Shown here piece after piece: positions 38,534-47,310 of a stretch of 64,000 nucleotides of DNA. The translations under genes were made by a program, and so were the position numbers. Under the pieces are notes generated by a model. It saw nothing but the letters and a program-made list of their open reading frames with translations. It was not told where the DNA came from and made no database searches. Location of the stretch: IMG/VR virus record IMGVR_UViG_3300031576_000001, positions 258,634 to 322,633 of that record; one strand, written 5' to 3'. The stretch's first letter is position 1; each line of letters begins with the position of its first letter.

Positions 38534-39301
38534 CTACGGAGAGGAGACCCCCAACAGCCACCGGGGCGTCCCTTCACCCAGCAACCTGGAGTCCCTTAGC
38601 TCACCCCTGGCAAGCTCAAGATACCGCGGAGACACTACGCCAGCAAGCGTAGCACGCTCACTCAAACATGGCGTGACACTCTCTCGGGTACCCTTCAAGA
38701 GAAAGTGCTCAAGTTGGGAGCGAGCCGAAGACACCTCACTCATCGAACGAAACCACGTACCACGTACACGCTCTACCCGATGTTTCCTCTCCGCACACGC
38801 CTTCTGGTACCGACTCACCGCCCACCCACACGCACCTACACCACCCACCAAGAACACAAGAGACAACCACCACACCGAAACCCACCACCCCACCAATGGC
38901 GCAACCCCCACCCCAAACAAGCCCGCCACGAACACCAACCACGAAAGCCCACCAAACCCCACAGGAGACGCCTCCAAGTCAGCCAACTCTAGCTCACACG
39001 CCCTCCCCACCAATGCCAACGCTACGCACTCCCTCTCTACGTGCAAAACAACCCGGGTAGACTCCCCCTCCGTCAGCACCGAAGCCTGTAGCCCACGCGC
39101 AAACTCGACTCGGAGACCCCTCTCCTCTCGCTTACGCCACTCCTCATGCTTCTTCGCAATAACCTCCTCACCCCTCTCCAGAAGCCACCTCTTCCACAAC
39201 CGCCTCCTCAAAGAAGCATACCCCTCCAGGCTCAACCCGTAACCCCTCGCCTCCCTCCGCTCCTTGACCGTCAACGCTGACACCTTCAACTTGACCGACA
39301 T
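38534..39301 (-). CDS. membrane protein (two TM helices)
   Basis: Hydrophobic LSWLVFVAGLFG and WWLSLVFLVGG segments; GGTGTA motif at 39313. Confidence 0.6.
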   Translation of the reverse strand: MSVKLKVSALTVKERREARGYGLSLEGYASLRRRLWKRWLLERGEEVIAKKHEEWRKREERGLRVEFARGLQASVLTEGESTRVVLHVERECVALALVGRACELELADLEASPVGFGGLSWLVFVAGLFGVGVAPLVGWWVSVWWLSLVFLVGGVGACGWAVSRYQKACAERKHRVERVRGTWFRSMSEVSSARSQLEHFLLKGTRESVTPCLSERATLAGVVSPRYLELARGELRDSRLLGEGTPRWLLGVSSP

Positions 39302-39417
39302 AACCAGCCCCTTACACCCTCCCCCCAAGAGAAAAGGCTGAGCCAAAAAAGCACCCTCCCTAACCTACGCCTCACCTCAGCCCCAGCCCCCAGCCTAAAG
39401 GGTGTATACCCACACCC

Positions 39418-40032
39418 GTGACACCAAGAGCCCTCCTCGACTGCGACGGAGTAGTCGCCAACTTCACCCACCACGTCGGGCACAGAGCCCACCAACTCGC
39501 TGGTCTGCCTACACCCACAGAGACACCTCCCTTCAAGAACTACAAATTCCTCCCCGAAGTCGCCGCCCTCACCGGTATACCCGAAGAGGAGGTCACCAAG
39601 GCGATCAGCTCCCCAGGCTTCTGCGAAACCATACCCCCCTTCCCAGGCGCTAGCGCCTTCGTTGACAACCTCAGCCAAACCCACGAAGTCATCATACTTA
39701 CCTCTCCCTGGTACTCACCCACATGGGTCAGCGAACGCTACGCCTGGCTCGCTAACCACCTCAATATACCCAGAAAAAATGTCATCTTCGCCCAACGAAA
39801 AGAACTCGTTCAGGGGGATATACTGATCGATGACCGCCTGATACACCTGACCCGATGGGTTTCAACTCAGTTGGCAGCCAATTCGCGAAAAGATTTCGCA
39901 GGGGTCTTGTATAACCCCACCCCCGCGGGAGTACCCCTCCCCACTCTGAAGGGTCTCTCCCTCTGTGCTACTTACAACGACATCTTGTCTGTAGCCAGGG
40001 CACAGGCAGGGGGGAGGGATTGGAACCTCTAA
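39418..40032 (+). CDS. HAD-family 5'(3')-deoxyribonucleotidase (NT5C-like)
   Basis: LLDCDGVVANF, ILTSP, K and GDILIDD motifs. Confidence 0.88.
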   Translation: MTPRALLDCDGVVANFTHHVGHRAHQLAGLPTPTETPPFKNYKFLPEVAALTGIPEEEVTKAISSPGFCETIPPFPGASAFVDNLSQTHEVIILTSPWYSPTWVSERYAWLANHLNIPRKNVIFAQRKELVQGDILIDDRLIHLTRWVSTQLAANSRKDFAGVLYNPTPAGVPLPTLKGLSLCATYNDILSVARAQAGGRDWNL

Positions 40033-40079
40033 ACCTAGCCTGACCCAATTGGGTGTGGAGTTAGGCTCTTCAACCCACC

Positions 40080-41114
40080 TCAGAGCTTCTTGCAGCCTGC
40101 GACGTACCACTGGCGAGCCGCGTCGGATACGGCTTTCTGAGCCGTTTTCGCGTCTAGCCCGGAACAAGCTAGCTCAGCGTTGCACTCCTTGAGCACGTCC
40201 GCCGTCAACCAAGCCAGAAAGACACCGGTTTTCTTGGGGTCGAAGCTACCCCCACAGACCACAGAAAGCCCCTGCTCCAGGCGGGCGCCCGTGACGACCA
40301 AAGAGGCGAAATCGGCGGCGTTTCGGGTTACCGTGGCGCTGGCTTGGGCTGGCGCCGTCCTGGTGACCGCGCAAGCGTGGTGCTTCTCGCCCTTGGCTTT
40401 GAAGCAGAGGTTGGAAAAGCGCTTATAATCGCTGCCCAGAGAGGGCTCGTCAGCCTCAGCCCCCGAGGGCACGGGGTAGAAGACCAGCCCTTCGCCCGTG
40501 CCCTCTACGCCAAAGGTGTTGCGTACCCAGGGGTCGCACTCCTCGACAGCGAGGACGTGCTGGTTGATCCGGTCTAGCGTGGGCTGTAGAGCTTCGTCGG
40601 AAGCCGCCCAGTTCACCATGTAGGCTTCGCCGTCCTGGTACCAGGGGAGCACGTAGCAGCCGGGGATGACCTGGGTCAGCCGGGAGAGGGTCTCTGGATC
40701 GTCGAGGAAGTCGATAACCCCAGGGTGGTCAACGAGGCGGGCAGCAAAGACGGCAAAGACCTTCGCTTTGAGGAGGTTGACGGCGACGCCCTTCTGAATG
40801 CCGGGTCCACACCACTCCCCGAAGAGGACCAGGGCGCCCGCCAGAGGAGCCAGCTTGGCTATCGTTGCCTGGCGCTCGTAGACCCACCTAGCAAAGCCCG
40901 CATTGTCCGAGTCCAGGGAGAGCACGCTGGTGCGGGACAGGGCAGTTACCCCCTCTTGGCTGATCTTTATGCCGGCGTTGGTGCCATGGAGCTTCACCTT
41001 GGCGCGGTAGCTCACGGTTGACGCCCCCTGGTCAAGAAGCTCCGGGTAGAGGGTCAGCTTGCGCCTGGCATTGTGAAAGTTGTCAATCTCGGTCCACTTG
41101 ACGTGCTCTGTCAT
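40080..41114 (-). CDS. RNA ligase, Rnl2 family
   Basis: KLHGTN (motif I), FGEWCGPGIQKG, GEGLVF, FKAKGEKH. Confidence 0.85.
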   Translation of the reverse strand: MTEHVKWTEIDNFHNARRKLTLYPELLDQGASTVSYRAKVKLHGTNAGIKISQEGVTALSRTSVLSLDSDNAGFARWVYERQATIAKLAPLAGALVLFGEWCGPGIQKGVAVNLLKAKVFAVFAARLVDHPGVIDFLDDPETLSRLTQVIPGCYVLPWYQDGEAYMVNWAASDEALQPTLDRINQHVLAVEECDPWVRNTFGVEGTGEGLVFYPVPSGAEADEPSLGSDYKRFSNLCFKAKGEKHHACAVTRTAPAQASATVTRNAADFASLVVTGARLEQGLSVVCGGSFDPKKTGVFLAWLTADVLKECNAELACSGLDAKTAQKAVSDAARQWYVAGCKKL

Positions 41115-41173
41115 GCCCGAGAGGGTACACCGCCCGGCGCTCAACCTCTCAGGGGGACCACCACCCCCTTTCA

Positions 41174-41216
41174 AAAACCCTCACGCTGATACGGCAAACC
41201 CAAAGAAATTGAAAGC
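41174..41216. repeat. 43-bp inverted repeat, left arm
   Basis: Reverse complement of 42113-42155 with 1 mismatch. Confidence 0.9.
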
Positions 41217-41870
41217 CAGGAGACCCTCTCGTCCGTGACGCGATGTGTCATGATGACCTCGGGGCACTCGGTACACAAAAGGCACGTTTGGGGTCGTGTT
41301 TTGTGCCTCGTGCCACCCCCCGGATTTACCGATGTTTTTGTGGTCCAGCCCCTAGGGGGAGACTCCATGCGGAGAGGGGTCCAAATTATGGAACCTCCAT
41401 ACACTTGATCGGCCTTTTTGCCAGGGGTCAGGAGTGACACCCCCTCTCTGCTCAATCGTGCTACGCCTAAGTGTGCTCAACTGGAGTCCTCGCCGGGGTC
41501 CAATTCGGATGTATTTCAAGAAACCCCGATCAATAGAGGGGTGTCATGTTTGACCTGAGAGGCGTGTCTAGGTAGCACGCATGACCCCCTACGCGCACAA
41601 TCGTGCCACGGTATGCCCTACGTGTAGGGTCATGTGTGGTCACGGTTGGCAGGGGGGGTGCGTCAATTTCTGAAGCTAGGAGGGGCTCATGCTGTGTGTG
41701 GAAGCTCCCACCTTGGGGGGCTTCTCTGCGCCTACGCTGGCGAGCCCCCTACCCCCTTGTGATTTGCGAATGCAGGAGGCGCCTCTTTGAGGCAAGGCGT
41801 AGCCCCAATTCATTTGGAAATTCGCGCCATTACCCTAGCCGGGTCTGCCCAGGGGCGGGAAGGGGTGAGT

Positions 41871-42049
41871 TCAGTACACACACAAATGAGGATCGGCTAG
41901 GAGCACCGGTATAGGATTTGAATTTTTTACCCGGTGCCCTGTCTCAGTACACACACAAATGAGGATCGGCTAGGAGCACCGGTATAGGATTTGAATTTTT
42001 TACCCGGTGCCCTGTCTCAGTACACACACAAATGAGGATCGGCTAGGAG
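41871..42049. repeat. 73-bp perfect tandem repeat (about 2.45 copies)
   Basis: Units start at 41871, 41944 and 42017. Confidence 0.95.
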
Positions 42050-42112
42050 GGTGGGGTGTGTTTTGAATTTTGGGTTGGAGGCTGTTTTCGATTACAGTGT
42101 GGCTGTAGCTGC

Positions 42113-42155
42113 GCTTTCAATTTCTTTGGGTTTGCCGTATCAGTGTGAGGGTTTT
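42113..42155. repeat. 43-bp inverted repeat, right arm
   Basis: Reverse complement of 41174-41216. Confidence 0.9.
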
Positions 42156-42305
42156 CGTGAGGGGGTTTCGGGTGAGACGGGGGGTCTCTATTTTCTACCC
42201 CGTTTTCTTTTTGGGTGGGTGTGGGGGTGGCTTCCTGAATTTTGGGTGGCAGAGAACGTAGCCTCGGGTGTTTTTTCTGCGAGGAGTGGTGTACCTAGTG
42301 TGCCC

Positions 42306-43133
42306 ATGGGATGTTTTCCTCTAGCGGGTCAAGACGAGTCCTTGAGCGGTCCTTACGTACCGTGTGTGTACGTGGCTTCCAGGCTACAGTACGCTTCCAT
42401 GTGGCGATCTTACCGAGAGGGTTGGGCTACGTCGGTAAGGGTGACCTCACGGTGGCTCGACGTAGTGGGCGAGGTGTCTGACAAGGGTGGGTTGTGGCAG
42501 GGCCTTATGGCGGACATAGTGAGGTCGGACGTTTTGCTAGCCTACGGGGAGGCTGGCGAGGTGTGGCAGGGTGCTCTTGTCGAGGTGGGCGCCGCCCTGG
42601 CTCTAGGTAAGCCAGTGCTTGTTGTGGGTGCAGGGGTGAACAGCTTTTGGAGTCACCCGTTGGTTACGCGCTTCGATACGGTAGAGGCTGCCATGGCTTC
42701 GCTTGGGGTACAGCGTCCCCTCTCACCTGCGCCTATTACGGAGTCTGTGAGGGTGATGGTGATGTCCGAGGTACGGCACGTTGGCATGTGGAGGGAGTGC
42801 GTAGCTTCTCAGCCTCCAGGGGTGAGCATAGTCTCTAGGTGGCTGGATGATGTGGCGGTGGGGGACACGGTACGGATGTGGCTTGAGTACCTGGAGGACA
42901 CGAAGCGCGCTCAAGCGGTCATTCTCTATGGTGGCTTTGATGATGACGCGCTATGGGAGCGCCAGCTAGTCAGGGTAGCGGTTCACGTAGCGCTGCTAGC
43001 CAAGAAGCCTGTCTACGTGGTGGGTTCTGGCTCGGGCTCAGAAAATCTAGGCATAGGGGCTTCGCCTCTTGTGCGTCTGTGTGCTTCGGTCGAGGAGGCT
43101 TTTCGGTTGGCTGCCGTTCTGTCTTCCCCTTAA
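42306..43133 (+). CDS. tandem nucleoside 2-deoxyribosyltransferase-like protein
   Basis: VYVAS...TSRW...DIVRSDVLL...GALVEVGAALALGKPV, followed by a degenerate second copy. Confidence 0.75.
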   Translation: MGCFPLAGQDESLSGPYVPCVYVASRLQYASMWRSYREGWATSVRVTSRWLDVVGEVSDKGGLWQGLMADIVRSDVLLAYGEAGEVWQGALVEVGAALALGKPVLVVGAGVNSFWSHPLVTRFDTVEAAMASLGVQRPLSPAPITESVRVMVMSEVRHVGMWRECVASQPPGVSIVSRWLDDVAVGDTVRMWLEYLEDTKRAQAVILYGGFDDDALWERQLVRVAVHVALLAKKPVYVVGSGSGSENLGIGASPLVRLCASVEEAFRLAAVLSSP

Positions 43134-43828
43134 AAGGAAGAACCCCGTAGCCCTTGGGGGTGCCTACGGGGCGCTCGATACCTCTTTGCGTAGAGGCTTG
43201 GTAAGCGAACGATGCTCCGAGAGCGGGGTCTCGTGGGTGTGGTCAGGGTGTATTTGTCACCGCCGCCTGTGGGGGGGCGGGGTGCGTTAGTATTGGTAGC
43301 CCTGTTGATGAGCGCCTGTAGAGCCGCTGTCGAGAGCACGTTACTTTTGGAGACGGGGCTGAGTGTGGTAGGCGTAGCCTTGTATAGGTCGGGGTTATTG
43401 AGGAACCCGTGACCGTCGAGGTCGCCGTCGAGACCAAAGAGGAAGTTGAGTGCAGTCGCCGCGAGAGATCCGCTACCCGTGAGGTTATTGCCGGTACCGA
43501 ACGTGCTCACCAAATTCAGTGGGCTCGTTAGCGTACCGCTCCCTGTTGTGGACCCTGTGTAAGCTAGGGCAAGATTAAGCCCTGTACCGTTGGCGAAGAG
43601 GGTGCCTATACCCGTGGCCGCGCCATTTGCGACGGCGACTAGGTTTAGGTTGACCGCTGTAACTGTGCCCACGCCGGTCGTATTGCCTATGTAGGCGAGG
43701 GCAAGGTTAAGGGGGGCTGACAGAGAACCAGCGCCCGTGGTGCTACCGGCGTAGGTAAGGTCTAGGTTCAAGAAAGCAGAGAGGTCACCATTACCATCTA
43801 GATTACCGTCAAGAAGTTGGTCAGCCAT
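43130..43828 (-). CDS. virion structural protein with G/T/N-rich repeats
   Basis: ~20-aa repeats NLALAY.G.TTG.G.L; CTTATCC motif upstream; in-frame TTA at 43202. Confidence 0.65.
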   Translation of the reverse strand: MADQLLDGNLDGNGDLSAFLNLDLTYAGSTTGAGSLSAPLNLALAYIGNTTGVGTVTAVNLNLVAVANGAATGIGTLFANGTGLNLALAYTGSTTGSGTLTSPLNLVSTFGTGNNLTGSGSLAATALNFLFGLDGDLDGHGFLNNPDLYKATPTTLSPVSKSNVLSTAALQALINRATNTNAPRPPTGGGDKYTLTTPTRPRSRSIVRLPSLYAKRYRAPRRHPQGLRGSSF

Positions 43829-43927
43829 GGGTCAGTACCGTGCGTGCCTCTCAGTGGGTAGCGTAGGGGATAAGAGGCAACCCTCAAAAGGGTTGCTCTG
43901 CTCTGCTCTGCGGTGTAAGGGGAAAGG

Positions 43928-44242
43928 GTGACAACCAAGAAGACGAAAACCACGGAAGCTCAGCGCACCCACGAAGAGGGGGAGTTTGGTACGATTGAAT
44001 GGCGTGCGCAGTTGGAGGGTTCTGCGTTGCACCACAATTGGCACGATCCCTTCGAGGTGATGCTACGCAGGTTGAATCAAGCCACCTCGACCCCCGCTTA
44101 CATCAAGGACTCTGCGATACACGTCCACGATACGCTTCTGCTCGCTCAGTCCATAGCCGTCTCCCTTTTCGGGTGGGACTGGAAAGAACACGTCATGGAC
44201 GTGTACGACCGTATCCAGAAGCACCTCTACCAAAGGGAGTAA
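43928..44242 (+). CDS. hypothetical protein
   Basis: GGTGTA motif at 43912; followed by a hairpin. Confidence 0.6.
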   Translation: MTTKKTKTTEAQRTHEEGEFGTIEWRAQLEGSALHHNWHDPFEVMLRRLNQATSTPAYIKDSAIHVHDTLLLAQSIAVSLFGWDWKEHVMDVYDRIQKHLYQRE

Positions 44243-44726
44243 CCCCTTGTAAGGGTACCCATGAAGAAAGCCCAGGAAGACTGTCTTCCTGGGCTTCTTC
44301 GCGCTTGGCTTGAAGAGGGGCTTCTCTTGGTAAGGTTTCCGAGGCGGTCAAGCTACTTGTCAAGAATTTGGCTACGTCACCGGAGAGCACGGTGCGGGGT
44401 GTGCCCAGCGAGGCGTAGTACAGAAGGTCTCCAGCTACAGCGGCGTTGTACACACCGAAGCCGTTCACGGTGCCCCAGTTGGCGGTTGCGGCGGGGAACG
44501 TCACGTCGGACACCGACGCAGAGCTTCCGGAGACGGGAGTGCCAAAGGTTGTGGACACGTCAACGCGAGCGTAGCTCCCACCAGAGACCTCGACACCACC
44601 CACGCCGCCAGCGCCCGGTGTGGTGGTAAAGAGTGCCATATGCACGCTGGTGGGCTGGGTGATTACGGAGCCTGGGATGAGCCAGAACTTGAGGGTATCG
44701 TTATCGGTAGCGTAGCTCTTGGGCAT
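44193..44726 (-). CDS. phage tail-fibre-associated structural protein
   Basis: ALFTTTP...EVSGGSYAR...FPAATANWGTV..FGVYNA..GDLL; from recall this family ends near LTASET, which is followed by TTA at 44331. Confidence 0.8.
   Translation of the reverse strand: MPKSYATDNDTLKFWLIPGSVITQPTSVHMALFTTTPGAGGVGGVEVSGGSYARVDVSTTFGTPVSGSSASVSDVTFPAATANWGTVNGFGVYNAAVAGDLLYYASLGTPRTVLSGDVAKFLTSSLTASETLPREAPLQAKREEAQEDSLPGLSSWVPLQGVTPFGRGASGYGRTRP
44263..44300. terminator. hairpin between convergent genes
   Basis: AAGCCCAGGAAGAC/GTCTTCCTGGGCTT perfect inverted repeat. Confidence 0.75.
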
Positions 44727-44820
44727 GGTGGTCTCTCGGTGTCCTCTAAGGTAGTGAGTGTGGGTCGGTCTCGGTAGGTGTGGGTAGGATAAGAGCCTGC
44801 GTAGGTTACTGAAGATTTCT

Positions 44821-44858
44821 GTGAATCCTGAGATGGGTTGAGCGTAAGAGGAGGCAAC
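44821..44858 (+). promoter_or_regulatory. GTGAA-N17-CGTA promoter-like motif
   Basis: GTGAATCCTGAG...GAGCGTAAGAG before ATG 44859. Confidence 0.7.
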
Positions 44859-45014
44859 ATGACGCACAAGACCAAGACCGGGGGCAAGCTGCCCTTCAAC
44901 AGCAAGCACTACCGGAGCCACCGCGAGGTTCTTCGTGGGTGGGACCGGTGGGGCGCACTGCGTGCGGCTCGTCGAGTCCTCAAGAACAACAGTCTCGCCC
45001 TCTCTCCGCGTTGA
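44859..45014 (+). CDS. small basic protein (51 aa, absent from the ORF track)
   Basis: GGAGG SD and promoter motif; MTHKTKTGGKLPFNSKHY... Confidence 0.6.
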   Translation: MTHKTKTGGKLPFNSKHYRSHREVLRGWDRWGALRAARRVLKNNSLALSPR

Positions 45015-45026
45015 CAGAAGGAAAAC

Positions 45027-45368
45027 ATGCCTACATTTCTCAAACCCACGTCCGTGCCATCGCTCTACAAGCAGGGCTTCTCAGCGATCCAGATCGCCAC
45101 CCAGGTCAACCTGCCCTCGGATGAGGTCTACCGTTTGCTCTGGGAGAGCGGGGCGCGCATGAAGTCTCGCGGGCGGTACTCTGGGGTGTCAGTCTCCACC
45201 CCACCCTTCACCAAGAAGGAGCGTGCCCTGGTGAAGAGGCTCTACCTCTCGGGACAGTCGATGCACGAGGTGGCGCTTCACTTCCGGTGCAGCTTCTACA
45301 AGGTGCGCTCTACGTTGCGGAAGATGAGCGTCCCGGCTCGTCCCGGAGGCTCCCGCCGGGTGAGCTAG
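45027..45368 (+). CDS. double helix-turn-helix protein
   Basis: LYKQGFSAIQIA and LYLSGQSMHEVA. Confidence 0.75.
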   Translation: MPTFLKPTSVPSLYKQGFSAIQIATQVNLPSDEVYRLLWESGARMKSRGRYSGVSVSTPPFTKKERALVKRLYLSGQSMHEVALHFRCSFYKVRSTLRKMSVPARPGGSRRVS

Positions 45369-45407
45369 GGCGCCTGGTTACCACGGCAGGGGTGTACCTT
45401 ACTGAGC

Positions 45408-45812
45408 ATGGCCAGTACCGACAAGGAACCCCTCTCCGTGATGCAGTAAGCCCACCTCCAACGGATCAAAGGGAGGCGTCTCTCGGAGCGCACCCGACAC
45501 GGCAAGCAAGAGCGTAGTTTGCTCACCCGCAAGATGATCACGGTCGAGGGGGCGCTAGCCTCTGGGGTAAAGCTGACCCCTCTTGGTGAAGAGGCATTGC
45601 GTGAGCGTGAGGCTATCGAGGCGGGTAAGCTCCGGGTCCAGGGCACCACGTACCGTTACTTAGGTTTCACCACGCCTGACACTTCCACACAGAAAGGTTT
45701 GCAAGATGAAAGAGATCGCAATTTCCCTGTCGCGCGCCGAGCTACTCGCCGCGAAAGCCTGCTCGGCGGGCATGACGTGGTTCGATACGTGGCCCCGCCT
45801 CTACGACGGTGA
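45408..45812 (+). pseudogene. hypothetical gene with a premature TAA
   Basis: GGTGTACCTT 7 nt before ATG 45408; TAA at 45447 in frame with ORF 45519; TTA at 45660. Confidence 0.55.
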
Positions 45813-46119
45813 CCAAGAGATTGTCGTGCTGTGGTCGCCCCTGGCGATGGTGTGGTCCTTGGCGAACCCGAATAGCAACCAGCGCAGCATGGCCCGTTGG
45901 CTTATCGACAACGGGCTACTGCCCATGTGGTCGCTGAGCGGAGCCTACTTGAGCGGAGCCTACTTGAGCGGAGCCTACTTGAGCGGAGCCGACTTGAGCG
46001 GAGCCTACTTGAGCAGAGCCGACTTGAGCAGAGCCGACTTGAGCGGAGCCTACTACCCCGGGGGCGCCTTGCCGGGGGGGTGGGTGCGCAATAAGGACGG
46101 TTTCCTTGTTAGGGGCTAG
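45706..46119 (+). CDS. pentapeptide repeat protein
   Basis: About 8 near-perfect 15-bp repeats encoding LSGAY/LSGAD/LSRAD. Confidence 0.85.
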   Translation: MKEIAISLSRAELLAAKACSAGMTWFDTWPRLYDGDQEIVVLWSPLAMVWSLANPNSNQRSMARWLIDNGLLPMWSLSGAYLSGAYLSGAYLSGADLSGAYLSRADLSRADLSGAYYPGGALPGGWVRNKDGFLVRG

Positions 46120-46143
46120 GTGCTTGGTGAAAGGGAGTGAGTT

Positions 46144-46566
46144 ATGCTGAAGACACTTGACGAGCTAGACAAAGAGGCTACAGAGGCGGGCGTGTCTGTC
46201 CCTGTGTGGATGCGTAACGCGGTAGCCAAGAACCCAGAGTATGTTTTCTGGGGTCCAGACCAGGATTATATGTGGAAAGCGGGCACCGGGTGGGAGGCTC
46301 CGCTAGCCTTTGCCTCTTGGGGTGACTGCAACCTCGTGCTTGATGACTTGAACGAGGTTGTACACTTCTACTTCGGGGTCAACGGCGATGACCCGGAGAG
46401 GGTGACCTTGACGTTGACCTTCTGGCTACTACACCCCCGCCAGAGCGCCTCTCGGGGGGTCCGTATTCACCGGGTAGCTCAGGCTGACTTGAGAAATGTC
46501 TACCGGTTCCTTCGTCGTGCTGCCACGCGCAACGCTCAGAGGTTTGCCAAGGTGCCTCGTCGGTGA
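46144..46566 (+). CDS. hypothetical protein
   Basis: GGAG SD; GTGA coupling to the next gene. Confidence 0.7.
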   Translation: MLKTLDELDKEATEAGVSVPVWMRNAVAKNPEYVFWGPDQDYMWKAGTGWEAPLAFASWGDCNLVLDDLNEVVHFYFGVNGDDPERVTLTLTFWLLHPRQSASRGVRIHRVAQADLRNVYRFLRRAATRNAQRFAKVPRR

Positions 46567-46952
46567 TTGTTCTCGACGATGCTGAGCCTGCGGTATTGGG
46601 TGAGCCTGTCCAGGCTTACAGGAATCTCTCTGTGCGAGAGGGGCGGCTCTACTCGGTACGGCTCAGGGGACGGTTAATCGCCAGGGTACAAGACCTTTGG
46701 TTGTACGATGTTACTTTTCGTGTGCGACCTGGGGGTCGCAGGCGTGCTTTGCGAGAGGGTGTGCGCAACGTACACGCCTTTGTCTCTGGCACAGCGGTCT
46801 CTCTCATGCCTAGAGGGCTACTGTGGCAGAGAGCCAGCTACAACCCCTTTCTCACTGACCGGGCTGGCTTTTTTCTGGTGGAGTCGGGTCAGGAGGTGTC
46901 TGCGGCACGCTATGCGCGTTTGGACCAGGAGGGGTGCTTTGTGGTGCTGTAG
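46563..46952 (+). CDS. conserved phage hypothetical protein
   Basis: YRNL...YSVR...FRV..GGRRRALREGVRNVHAFV.G...YNP; carries an internal TTA at 46674. Confidence 0.7.
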   Translation: MIVLDDAEPAVLGEPVQAYRNLSVREGRLYSVRLRGRLIARVQDLWLYDVTFRVRPGGRRRALREGVRNVHAFVSGTAVSLMPRGLLWQRASYNPFLTDRAGFFLVESGQEVSAARYARLDQEGCFVVL

Positions 46953-47310
46953 CTTTGCGCTTGTGGGTGGGGCAGTTTGGGTGATAGTGCCCCACCTGTC
47001 CGCAGCTACGGCACTCTTTCTTGCGGGCAGAGCCACCAGCTAGCAACGTGTTGACAGCTTCTTCGCTCCACAGGGAAGTCACCTTACGCCTAGAGTCAGC
47101 GTTGAACAACTTGAGGTAGGCAACGACCAGCTTAACCGTGTCAAGCCAGTAAGGGTCTTCTGCCCTCAAAGCCCGCACAGCGTCGTCAATCTCGCCCAGG
47201 GGGAGCGTCGTCCAGGCTTCGGTGGCTATAGGCTGGTTGTAACGACTGAGGAGGAGGATCGCGGTAAGCCGCTCAGAGAGGGTGGGAGGGGTGGTACTCG
47301 TGTTGGGCAT
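46852..47310 (-). CDS. protein with a C-terminal CCHC zinc knuckle
   Basis: CRSCGQVGHYHPNC. Confidence 0.65.
   Translation of the reverse strand: MPNTSTTPPTLSERLTAILLLSRYNQPIATEAWTTLPLGEIDDAVRALRAEDPYWLDTVKLVVAYLKLFNADSRRKVTSLWSEEAVNTLLAGGSARKKECRSCGQVGHYHPNCPTHKRKATAPQSTPPGPNAHSVPQTPPDPTPPEKSQPGQ

Noticed and set aside
37198-39653. His/Pro/Thr-rich plus-strand ORFs
   Set aside because: By-products of the C/A skew, opposite or out of frame with real genes.
41871-42049. Mini CRISPR array (33-bp repeat x3 with 40-bp spacers)
   Set aside because: The two would-be spacers are identical and no cas genes are present; it is a tandem repeat.
41171-42305. ORFs 41171-41455, 41603-41914 and the N-terminal extension of 42051
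   Set aside because: They lie in the repeat element; the shared peptide LSISLGLPYQ is just the inverted repeat translated.
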